Source: Thermoplasmata archaeon | GTDB taxonomy: Archaea; Thermoplasmatota; Thermoplasmata; Lutacidiplasmatales; UBA184 | DNA: 64,000 bases | NCBI GenBank assembly: GCA_028864975.1 | Contig: JAGWLG010000009.1 | Location: 32,001 to 96,000 of the forward strand | Reading direction: 5' to 3' | Shown: piece after piece, positions 18,209-26,171 of the stretch | Layout of the letters: each line of letters begins with the position of its first letter | How positions within the stretch are numbered: position 1 is the first letter of the stretch | Translations under genes and position numbers: made by a program | Notes under the pieces: generated by a model | What the model saw: the letters and a program-made list of their open reading frames with translations, nothing else | Told to the model about the DNA's origin: nothing | The model's database searches: none

Positions 18209-19599
18209 GCGCCCCCGGACCGAGGGGCGCCCCACGGCGTCCCGGGGTTGTGGTCTATCTCTACCCGTGCCGGATCCAGCAGGGCTGGGGCGACATCGCC
18301 GAGATGGCCCAGGCGGCCTGGGCGCTCCACCGAGCGGGGTTCGAGCTGCGGTATCTCGCGCCTCCCGAGGCCATCCACAAGCGTCCCGATCCCCGCATCG
18401 TTCCGTTCGATCCTACCGCGCCGGGTCCGATCCGCTTCCCTCCCGTGCGCCGTTTGTTCGCACCGGCGCGGAGGGGACGGGCCGTGGTGCTCGCCACATG
18501 GTGGGGTCTGAGCGCCCGTAGGTCGGACCTCGAAGGAGGTCCCCTGCCGGGGCCTCTCGAGGATGCGATCACGAGGATCGTTCGGTCGCACGGGGCCCCG
18601 AACGTTCTCCATGTCAGTTTGGAGGAGTTCGGGTCCGACCAGACCTCCCTTTCAGCCCTGGACGAGGGACTTCGTCAGGCAGGTTGGAGCGCGGCACGGC
18701 GGCAAAGGGCGCTGGCGAGCCCCCAGGGTCGGCGTCAGCAGTGCGCTTACCACCGTGCGTTCGCCCTTGCGAGAGCCGCCGAACGTGAGGGAGTAGTGCA
18801 TCTCAGCGCGACCTTCTCGCCCTCGTTGCCCGCGATGCGGGAGTTCCCCTTCCTTCTGCCCGTGGCGCCCTTCGGTCTCGGAGGGACCGCGATCCTCCGT
18901 CCTCGGGTCTGGGACCGAGGCACGTCCGCCGACCTTGCACGCTCCGCGGTCATCTGGTACGCCAGCCCGAAGAGCTCGGTGGGCTTCGCCCCCGCGTTCC
19001 TCTCCGCCCTAAAGGGACGGAGCCCGAAGGTCCTCCTGCAGGTCCGTGCCCCACCGGCGCTGGAGGAGAAACTCCTCGCCCTTCCGCAGGATGACGTGTC
19101 GGTGGAAGTGCTGGAGGAGCTCTCGCCCTCCAGGTGGAGGAGTGCCCTGGACCGGGCGCACCTTCGGGTCGTTTCCGGAAGTCAGTCGCTTGTCGAGGTG
19201 GTTCGGGGGGGCGGACCGTTTCTCTATTTCAACGGGCTCGTGGGCAAGCCCCGCGGCCCGACACGCGCCTTCCGCCGCGAAAAGCTGCTGTCGCTCGTTC
19301 GGGCTCTAGATGGGCTTCCGAGGGCCGGGGCGCTTTCCAGGGACCTCCTGGACTTTGCGGATGGCAGGAACCTGCGTTCCGTCCTCCGAAGAGCGCTTGG
19401 GTCGGAGGCGTGGCGAGAAGCGATGCGAAGGGCCCTCGCTGCCGTGGTCCTCCGCCTCACGGCGATGGATGGGGACCGGACGCTGGTCTCGATCGTTCAA
19501 GAGTTCGCGCGGAGCGGTGAGGCTGCGAACACCTTCGCGAAGCGCGTGCGCGAGCGGCACCGAGCCCGGCTGTTCCGCGTCAACCCCGAAGCACGGTGA
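18205..19599 (+). CDS. Hypothetical protein, probable GT-B glycosyltransferase with EarP-like motifs (464 aa)
   Basis: Start re-called to GTG 18205 (GTGA overlap); N-terminal PCRIQQGWGDIAEMAQAAWAL, C-terminal LRVVSGSQSLVEVVRGGGPFLY; family assignment by eye only. Confidence 0.55.
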   Translation: MSAPGPRGAPRRPGVVVYLYPCRIQQGWGDIAEMAQAAWALHRAGFELRYLAPPEAIHKRPDPRIVPFDPTAPGPIRFPPVRRLFAPARRGRAVVLATWWGLSARRSDLEGGPLPGPLEDAITRIVRSHGAPNVLHVSLEEFGSDQTSLSALDEGLRQAGWSAARRQRALASPQGRRQQCAYHRAFALARAAEREGVVHLSATFSPSLPAMREFPFLLPVAPFGLGGTAILRPRVWDRGTSADLARSAVIWYASPKSSVGFAPAFLSALKGRSPKVLLQVRAPPALEEKLLALPQDDVSVEVLEELSPSRWRSALDRAHLRVVSGSQSLVEVVRGGGPFLYFNGLVGKPRGPTRAFRREKLLSLVRALDGLPRAGALSRDLLDFADGRNLRSVLRRALGSEAWREAMRRALAAVVLRLTAMDGDRTLVSIVQEFARSGEAANTFAKRVRERHRARLFRVNPEAR

Positions 19600-19656
19600 C
19601 CTCCACGATTTCAGGGACCCAGGGGGGTTTTCTACCCCACCCCGCTCCACGGCCGC

Positions 19657-20808
19657 ATGCAAGCCAGCGTTCTTCCACCACCGCCTGCGTCCGCCCCCCC
19701 GGCGCCGTCGTCCCTCCCCGCGTCCGAGGCCGCTGTGGCCCGAAAGGTCCTCAAGGAGACCCTGCGGGTGAAGAAGGGTGAGAACGTCGTCATCGAGACC
19801 TGGAACCATACCCTCGATCTCGCCCGAGCTTTCGTGCTCGAGGCCCGGAAGTTGGGCGCACATCCGGTCCTCCTCTTCGAGGACGAGCGGACCTACTGGG
19901 ATAGCGTGGACTCGGCCGACCCCCGGGAGCTCGGCAAGGTCGGGAGCCACGAATGGGCACTCTTGTCGAAGGCCCAGGCCTATGTCTTCCTCTGGGGACC
20001 GGAGGACCGGCCCCGATTCCGACGGCTCGACCCGAAAGTGATGGAGAAGCTTCACGCGTACAACGACGAGTGGTACGCGCGGGCGAAGCGCGCCCGCCTT
20101 CGCGGGGCCCGGATGGAGATCGGTCGCGTCACCGAGGCGAATGCGCAGCAGTTCAACGTCCCTCTCGCCGCCTGGCGCCAGGAGGTCCTGGAGGCGACCA
20201 TGGCCGACACCGCGACGATGGTGCGAGAGGGGAAGCACCTCGCGCAGGTCCTGCAACGGGGCAAGCGGGTCACGATCGATCATCCCAACGGCACACACCT
20301 GGAGCTTCAGCTTCGGGGAAAGCGTCCGGTGGTGGAGGATGGCGTCGTCGGCGCGGAGGACGTTGCCGCAGGACAGAACATGACCAGCGTTCCCGGAGGA
20401 TACGTCGCGGTCGCGCTTGATGAACGCTACGGGGAAGGGACGTTCCGATCGAACCGCACGAGCTTCCTCTCGGGCGGCCGGGCCGAAGGAGGGGAGTGGA
20501 CGATCTCGGGCGGCCGCCTCACTGCGTCGACCTACCGGAGCGGCGGCGAGTTTTTCTCGGCCCCCTTCGAGAAGGCCCCGAAGAAGGGGAGGGACCAACT
20601 GGGGATGCTTTCGATCGGTCTCAACCCCCGGATCTCGAGCTCTCCCCAGATGGAGGACCAGGAGCGCGGCGTGGTCCTGGTCACGTTGGGAAGGAACGAC
20701 AACGTGGGCGGGAGCAACAAGGTCCCGTTCCTGACGTGGCTCGCTCTGGGAGGGGCCAACGTGTCGGTGGACGGCAAGCCCCTGGTCGCGGGTGGGAACA
20801 TCGTCTGA
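19657..20808 (+). CDS. Peptidase M29 (aminopeptidase T/II) homolog, metal ligands apparently lost
   Basis: VKKGENVVI, PGG.V, LSIGLNP, LG.N..VGG scaffold. Confidence 0.75.
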   Translation: MQASVLPPPPASAPPAPSSLPASEAAVARKVLKETLRVKKGENVVIETWNHTLDLARAFVLEARKLGAHPVLLFEDERTYWDSVDSADPRELGKVGSHEWALLSKAQAYVFLWGPEDRPRFRRLDPKVMEKLHAYNDEWYARAKRARLRGARMEIGRVTEANAQQFNVPLAAWRQEVLEATMADTATMVREGKHLAQVLQRGKRVTIDHPNGTHLELQLRGKRPVVEDGVVGAEDVAAGQNMTSVPGGYVAVALDERYGEGTFRSNRTSFLSGGRAEGGEWTISGGRLTASTYRSGGEFFSAPFEKAPKKGRDQLGMLSIGLNPRISSSPQMEDQERGVVLVTLGRNDNVGGSNKVPFLTWLALGGANVSVDGKPLVAGGNIV

Positions 20809-20816
20809 CCCTCACC

Positions 20817-21446
20817 ATGACCGGCCGGTCTGACCCCTCCGCGGTCCGGAAGGTCCGCCCCCACGCGAACTGGAGGGGCTCGTTCGAACGCCCCCTGCCT
20901 CGTAGCTTCTTCGCGCGCCCCACGGCTCGGGTCGCGAGGGACCTGTTGGGATGTTACCTCGCTCGTTCTCCCGAGGATGGTGGCCCGGAGGGGTGGCGGG
21001 TGGGACGCGTGGTGGAGACCGAGGCCTACGTGGCCAACGATCCCGCCAACCACGCCGCGAGAGGGATGACCGAGCGCAACCGGTCGATGTTCCTCGGGCC
21101 GGGGCATGTCTACATCTATCGGATCCACCAGGTCCACTGCGCGAACCTCACGACCGCTCCCGGGCAGGCCGTGCTCCTGCGCGCGGTGGAACCGGTCACC
21201 CCTCTCCCCTCCGCGCCACGGGGGCCCGGACTGCTGTGTCGGGCCTTCGGGCTCGAACGCACCCAGGACGGGGCCGATGCGGTCAGGGGGGAACTTCGGG
21301 TCCTTCCGCGCGACCAGGCCCCTCCCCAGTTCGTCGCGGTCCCCCGGGTGGGCATCCGGCTCGCGTCCGAGCGGCGGTTGCGATTCCTCGTCCCGACCTC
21401 CCCGTGGGTCTCGAAACGGCCATCGCTCCGAAGGAAGGGAGCATGA
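20817..21446 (+). CDS. mpg: 3-methyladenine DNA glycosylase (MPG/AAG family)
   Basis: Start re-called to ATG 20817; FFARP...VARDLLG, VETEAY, PGHVYIY, AVLLRA.EP, GPG.LCRAFG, PRVGI. Confidence 0.92.
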   Translation: MTGRSDPSAVRKVRPHANWRGSFERPLPRSFFARPTARVARDLLGCYLARSPEDGGPEGWRVGRVVETEAYVANDPANHAARGMTERNRSMFLGPGHVYIYRIHQVHCANLTTAPGQAVLLRAVEPVTPLPSAPRGPGLLCRAFGLERTQDGADAVRGELRVLPRDQAPPQFVAVPRVGIRLASERRLRFLVPTSPWVSKRPSLRRKGA

Positions 21447-22267
21447 CCGCGGGCAAGGTCCTCATCGGCTGCTCCGGCTGGGACTACCCTGAATGGGTGG
21501 GGCGCTTCTATCCCGCTCGCGGGCAGGTCGACCGACTTGCGCGCTACTCCCAGGTGTTCCCTGTTGTCGAGGTCGATTCGAGCTTCTACAACATTCCCAC
21601 GGAACGGACCGTGGAAAGATGGGACCACCGCACCCCCCGGGGTTTTCGGTTCGCGGCGAAGTTCCCCCAGGAGATCACCCACCGTCGGCGCCTCGAGGAC
21701 TGCGCGGAGCCCCTGGAAGCCCACTATCGAGCGTTCCACCCGCTCATCCGAAGCGGGAAGGTCGTAGCGTTCCTACTGCAGCTTCCCCCGTCGCTGCCGT
21801 TCGACGAGAGCAAGGTCCGTGGGTTCTACGCGACCCTGCCCACGGACCCCCCCGTGGCGGTCGAGTTCCGCGAGAAAAGCTGGCTCTGCCCCGCCTCCTA
21901 CGACCTCCTGCGGGAATACCACCTTTCGACGACGATCGTGGACGAACCGTTCCTTCCCGCGGACCTCACGCTGACCAACCCCGACCTTGCCTACATGAGA
22001 TGGCATGGGAGGGGAACGACGGTCTGGTACGACTACCGGTACAGCCGTGACGAGCTCAAGGCGTGGGTCCCACGGGTGGAGGAGGTGGCGTCGAAGGCGA
22101 AGCTCTTCTTGGGTTTCTTCAACAACCATTTCCGGGGCGACGCCCCGGCCAACGCGCTCGAGATCGACGAGATGCTGGGGATAGGGCCTCCGCCGTGGAG
22201 CGGCAGGCTTGACCAACCGGCCATCCCCTCGGCGTCCACCGCTCCGGCCTCCACGGACGCTCCCTGA
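21443..22267 (+). CDS. DUF72 (YecE-like) TIM-barrel protein
   Basis: IGCSGW.Y.EW...FYP, VEVDSSFY, F..KFP..ITH, L.QLPPS, AVEFR..SW, Y.RWHG, FFNN. Confidence 0.9.
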   Translation: MTAGKVLIGCSGWDYPEWVGRFYPARGQVDRLARYSQVFPVVEVDSSFYNIPTERTVERWDHRTPRGFRFAAKFPQEITHRRRLEDCAEPLEAHYRAFHPLIRSGKVVAFLLQLPPSLPFDESKVRGFYATLPTDPPVAVEFREKSWLCPASYDLLREYHLSTTIVDEPFLPADLTLTNPDLAYMRWHGRGTTVWYDYRYSRDELKAWVPRVEEVASKAKLFLGFFNNHFRGDAPANALEIDEMLGIGPPPWSGRLDQPAIPSASTAPASTDAP

Positions 22268-22434
22268 AGGTCGTGGACACGCAGGGACGGGCGGCAACGC
22301 CAACCCTGCCCGCAAAGGACTTCGTTCGTCGTCCCCACGGTGCGGTCGCTGCTCCGCCGGGCCAACGATGGGTCCCAGCAGGTCGGATGGGTCCCGGGCC
22401 TTCCGATGCGTGAAACGCCACGCGGAGGACCCGC

Positions 22435-22635
22435 TCAGTGCTTGCGGATGAGGTTCTTCGGGTGGACGTTGCCGCTCTTGGGCTTAGCCCACGCGTATCC
22501 GCGAAGACGGGCGGTGCTCCCGAACCCGCAGCGGGCGCAGGAGCGCTTGCGCACGTGGTAGGAGTGATGGCCGCACCTCCGGCAGCGGATGTGGACGATC
22601 CGTCCACCGCTGCGGGATGGTGTTCCCTTACCCAT
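22435..22635 (-). CDS. rpl37e: Ribosomal protein eL37 (L37e)
   Basis: MGKGTPS, HIRCRRCG..SYH..K..CA.CGFG...RLR.Y.W. Confidence 0.96.
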   Translation of the reverse strand: MGKGTPSRSGGRIVHIRCRRCGHHSYHVRKRSCARCGFGSTARLRGYAWAKPKSGNVHPKNLIRKH

Positions 22636-22659
22636 CGGACCTCTTCTCCTGGGGCCCCC

Positions 22660-22872
22660 CTAGGGGGCAACGTACAGAACGCTGTCGCCCCTGAAGAGCG
22701 CGGTCCCACAGGGCTTGGTCGTGCCGTTCTCCAGCACCTCGACGGTGTCGTTCAGGACGAGGTTCATGTGCTGGTCGAACCCGTCCAGGACCCCACGGTA
22801 GGTCTTCCCGCCCTTGACCTCGACCAGGACCGACTGGCGGAGGTACTTTTGGAAGACCTCGATGGGCTTCAT
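22660..22872 (-). CDS. lsm: Sm-like (Lsm/SmAP) RNA-binding protein
   Basis: Start re-called to ATG 22872; G.L.GFDQHMNLVL and RGDSV; conserved lsm-rpl37e pairing; TATA-like GTTAAGAA at 22899-22906. Confidence 0.93.
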   Translation of the reverse strand: MKPIEVFQKYLRQSVLVEVKGGKTYRGVLDGFDQHMNLVLNDTVEVLENGTTKPCGTALFRGDSVLYVAP

Positions 22873-22909
22873 GGGGGTGCGGGGCACCTGCGGGACCGTT
22901 CTTAACGTT

Positions 22910-23272
22910 TCACGCCGAGGGCGCGGGAAGCCGGACCAGGGGCCGACCACAACGGGGACAGAGCGAGGTACTCTTCTCCTCTCGCCACCCACAGGCGGTG
23001 CACAGCCACTTCCCCGGATAGGCCCTTGGCCTCCTCCACCAGGGGAGGGGCGCTTCGGACGGGAGGGGCGCCCCGGGTCGGACCAGGGCGCGGCTCCAGC
23101 GCCCTTCGTCCCAGAAGAGCACCAGGCCAAGAGCGAGGATCGCCCCCCCAGCGGCAAGGTACCTCCAACCGCTTCCCGCCGCTCCCAGGGTGGTCAGGAG
23201 GGCCCCCAGCAGGACGAGGAGGTTGGCCGCCGGCAAGCGGACCATCTTGCGTAGGACCGGGGACGGTGCCAA
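22910..23272 (-). CDS. Small membrane protein with C-terminal zinc ribbon
   Basis: Two hydrophobic helices followed by CTACG...CPRCG. Confidence 0.7.
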   Translation of the reverse strand: MAPSPVLRKMVRLPAANLLVLLGALLTTLGAAGSGWRYLAAGGAILALGLVLFWDEGRWSRALVRPGAPLPSEAPLPWWRRPRAYPGKWLCTACGWREEKSTSLCPRCGRPLVRLPAPSA

Positions 23273-23354
23273 GGCGACCTGCTTTCCCCCTCACGGCCAA
23301 GGGGAGGGACGGGAACGTCCGCGTGTAAATAGCCAGGACGAGTGGTCGGTAGCC

Positions 23355-24302
23355 ATGACGAGGTCCCGCGCGCGGAGCGCTTCAGGGAAGGCCCCGGAGA
23401 AGATGGCCGCCTCCCCGAACCCTCGAACGGTCCGCACCCTCCGCTTGGGGCACGGACGCGTCCTTCCGATCGGGGCCAGGACGCTCGTCATGGGCGTTGT
23501 CAACGCCACCCCCGACTCGTTCTTCGATGGCGGACGCTTCGCGACGGTCCCGGCGGCCGTCGACCACGCCCTGAGGTTGGTGTCCGAGGGAGCTGACCTC
23601 GTCGACGTCGGAGGGGAGTCGACCCGCCCAGGGGCGAGGGAGGTCTCTGCCGCCGAGGAGCTCTGTCGGGTCGTTCCCGTCCTCGAGTCCCTTCGAGGAC
23701 GCGTCAAGGTCCCGATCTCCATCGACACCCGAAAGCCCCAGGTCGCAGAAGCGGCGATCCGGGCCGGTGCGGACCTCGTGAACGATGTCGAAGGCCTGGG
23801 ATCTCCAGCGATGCGAGAGGTCGTGCGACGCGAAGGCGTTGCGGCCGTCATCATGCACATGCGGGGTGCTCCAAAGGACATGCAGCAAGATACCCGCTAC
23901 GACGACGTCGTAGGGGAAGTGCGCGACTTCCTCCGGCAGCAAGCCCTCGCCGCCGAACACATGGGGATCCCTCATGACCAGCTCGTTATCGATCCCGGGA
24001 TCGGGTTCGGGAAGTCGGTCGAAGGGAACCTGGAGCTCCTGCGGAGCCTCCCGGAACTGCGATCGTTGGGCTATCCCCTGATGGTCGGCGCATCGAGGAA
24101 GTCGTTCCTAGGGGCACTGCTCGGCGGAGTCCCCACCGAGCAACGCTTGGGGGCTTCCGTCGCCGCGGCCCTCGCCGCCAGCCTCGGAGGGGCCGACATC
24201 GTTCGCGTCCACGACGTGGCCCCGACGGTGGAAGCGCTCAAGGTCGCCGACGCGGTCCGCTCGGGCGCGTCGCGGGGTCGGCCCGTTCCGTCGGACCCCT
24301 AG
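23355..24302 (+). CDS. folP: Dihydropteroate synthase
   Basis: MGVVNATPDSF.DGG, DVGGESTRPG, SIDT.K, DPGIGFGK, GASRKSF, RVHDV; TATA-like GTAAATAG about 27 nt upstream. Confidence 0.96.
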   Translation: MTRSRARSASGKAPEKMAASPNPRTVRTLRLGHGRVLPIGARTLVMGVVNATPDSFFDGGRFATVPAAVDHALRLVSEGADLVDVGGESTRPGAREVSAAEELCRVVPVLESLRGRVKVPISIDTRKPQVAEAAIRAGADLVNDVEGLGSPAMREVVRREGVAAVIMHMRGAPKDMQQDTRYDDVVGEVRDFLRQQALAAEHMGIPHDQLVIDPGIGFGKSVEGNLELLRSLPELRSLGYPLMVGASRKSFLGALLGGVPTEQRLGASVAAALAASLGGADIVRVHDVAPTVEALKVADAVRSGASRGRPVPSDP

Positions 24303-24769
24303 GCGCCTCGGGACCGCCGCGCGCGTCGGGCCCTGCGCGGCCCCTCGGGTCTCGGCAGGGCCGCAGCGTCCTCTCGCTCGACAGCGACCTCGGTCAGCTC
24401 GCTGGGCTCCTCAGGGGCAGGCACCGGAGCTTGAGAGGTGCCAGCCTTCCTTTGGACCTCTCCCAGCTCGAGCAACATCGAGTTCGTCGCCTCCTGGAGG
24501 GCGAAGAGGAACGCGCGCTCGGCCTCCTTGACGGAAGCAAGCACCCTCGGGTCCCGGGGGCCCCGACGCAGGCCCTCCTCCGCGGCCTTCCGAAAGGCGG
24601 AGACGGCGTGGAGGCCGGACATGAGCGTCGAGGGGTTCAGAAGGGCCGCGAGGAGGAGCTTCGCATGCCGGTCCAGCTCCCCCTGGATGAACGTCGGCTC
24701 GGGGAGCCACTTTCGGATCTTCTCGCGCGCGGCCGTCGCTTGAGGTTTCGCTTGGGACCTACGAGGCAT
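24299..24769 (-). CDS. Hypothetical helical protein coupled to arsA
   Basis: 156 aa; start overlaps the arsA stop by 11 nt; amphipathic helical composition. Confidence 0.6.
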   Translation of the reverse strand: MPRRSQAKPQATAAREKIRKWLPEPTFIQGELDRHAKLLLAALLNPSTLMSGLHAVSAFRKAAEEGLRRGPRDPRVLASVKEAERAFLFALQEATNSMLLELGEVQRKAGTSQAPVPAPEEPSELTEVAVEREDAAALPRPEGPRRARRARRSRGA

Positions 24770-25949
24770 GTTGGGGGACCTCCTTGGAAGGTAGGAACTC
24801 GATGAGGAGGGACCCCCCCGAGAAGACGGCCTTCCCGAGCTTGGCCCCGATGTACGCGTAGGGCAGGAGCAACGTCCGCCGGTACCATCCCACCTTGACG
24901 TAGAGCGTGTCGCCGCGCGAGGAGACCTCGAGCGCCTCCTCCCCCGCGAACGGGAGCTCGATCTTCACGTACTTCTTCCCCGATCGGGAGAAGAAGCGGA
25001 CCGGCTGGGCCCGCGCGAAGATCCTCGTCGGGTCCTCCGCGTCGAACACGTCCGTGCCGAGGCGGCGAAGCCGCTCCAGGCCCAGGACCTCATGGGGATA
25101 GCGGGGCGAGCGCCGCATCGGGACGCCACCGAAGTACTCCTCGATGAGACCCAGGTTCGCTTTCTGCTCCGCGAGTGCCTGCTCGAAGAACTTCCCGTCC
25201 AGCTGGTCCGAGAAGACCCGGTTCACGACGAGCATCTCGATCGGCAGACCGAAGAGGCAGAGGTAGGTGTAGGCCCGCTGGGTCTCGGTGATGACCATCC
25301 GCTCGGGATTGAGCACGAGACGGACAGAGGTCCGGTCCGGGTCAGAGAGCATGTTGCGCACCCGACGGAAGCGCAGGTAGAGGTCCTCCAGCGATTCGAA
25401 GAACCGGTCCGAGGGCAGCGGGGTGCGCATGAGGCGCCCCACCGTGGGTCGGGCGACCTTCATCATCCTCTTCTCGAGCTTGAAGAACCGGTCGAAGTAC
25501 CACTGGACGGCGTCCGGGAAGGAGAGGAGCCGAAGCGTGTCGGCCGTCGGAGCGGTGTCGACGATGGCGACGTCCCAGGACTTCTCCCTCTCGTACCGCT
25601 CGAGGAGGAGCAGAGCGGCGATGAGCTCCATGCCGGGGATCACCACGACCTCCTTGGCCGTGATCTCCTCGACCCCCTGGGACTGGAGCAGGGCGGTGAG
25701 GTAGTTCGAGATCTCGGCCCAATGGCGTTCCATCTCGGCCAGGACGTCGATCTCCTGTCCCCACAGTCGGTCGGTCACCTTCGTGGGGTCGCGCCCGAGC
25801 GATACCTGGAGCGAGTCCCCGAGCGAGTGCGCGCTATCGGTCGACATGACGAGCGTGCGGTGGCCATGGGCGGCGGAGGCGAGCGCCGTGGCGGCCGCGA
25901 GGCTCGTCTTCCCCACGCCGCCCTTCCCCGTGTAGATGATGGTCCTCAC
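24759..25949 (-). CDS. arsA: ArsA/Get3-family ATPase with C-terminal HSP20-like domain
   Basis: GKGGVGKT, STDSAHSL, VDTAPT, LVLNPE.MV; beta-rich C-terminal extension. Confidence 0.92.
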   Translation of the reverse strand: MRTIIYTGKGGVGKTSLAAATALASAAHGHRTLVMSTDSAHSLGDSLQVSLGRDPTKVTDRLWGQEIDVLAEMERHWAEISNYLTALLQSQGVEEITAKEVVVIPGMELIAALLLLERYEREKSWDVAIVDTAPTADTLRLLSFPDAVQWYFDRFFKLEKRMMKVARPTVGRLMRTPLPSDRFFESLEDLYLRFRRVRNMLSDPDRTSVRLVLNPERMVITETQRAYTYLCLFGLPIEMLVVNRVFSDQLDGKFFEQALAEQKANLGLIEEYFGGVPMRRSPRYPHEVLGLERLRRLGTDVFDAEDPTRIFARAQPVRFFSRSGKKYVKIELPFAGEEALEVSSRGDTLYVKVGWYRRTLLLPYAYIGAKLGKAVFSGGSLLIEFLPSKEVPQHAS

Positions 25950-26146
25950 GGCGCCTCCTCGTCTCCTTCGAGCGTATCCGCCTCGTTCCTCGCGTCCTTC
26001 TCCAGAACGAGGGCCCCCTCATAGCCGCAGCGGCGGCAGCGATAACGGGTCCCCCCGAAGAGCAACGGGTCGCGGTCGACCTCTGGCGAGAGACACTTGG
26101 GGCAGAGGAGGATGGACGGTCCTCGGGGCCGTCGGCGGACCGGCAC
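25946..26146 (-). CDS. Small zinc-ribbon protein (66 aa)
   Basis: GTG 26146 with upstream GAGGG; CPKC...CRRCGY; acidic tail; GTGA overlap with arsA. Confidence 0.75.
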   Translation of the reverse strand: MPVRRRPRGPSILLCPKCLSPEVDRDPLLFGGTRYRCRRCGYEGALVLEKDARNEADTLEGDEEAP

Positions 26147-26171
26147 GTTCTTCCCTCCGAGGGTGAAGGGC

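Noticed and set aside
22261-22430. Hammerhead ribozyme or c-di-GMP riboswitch
   Set aside because: The CUGAnGA core is not matched (CTGAAGG), and the GEMM-like elements occur in the wrong order
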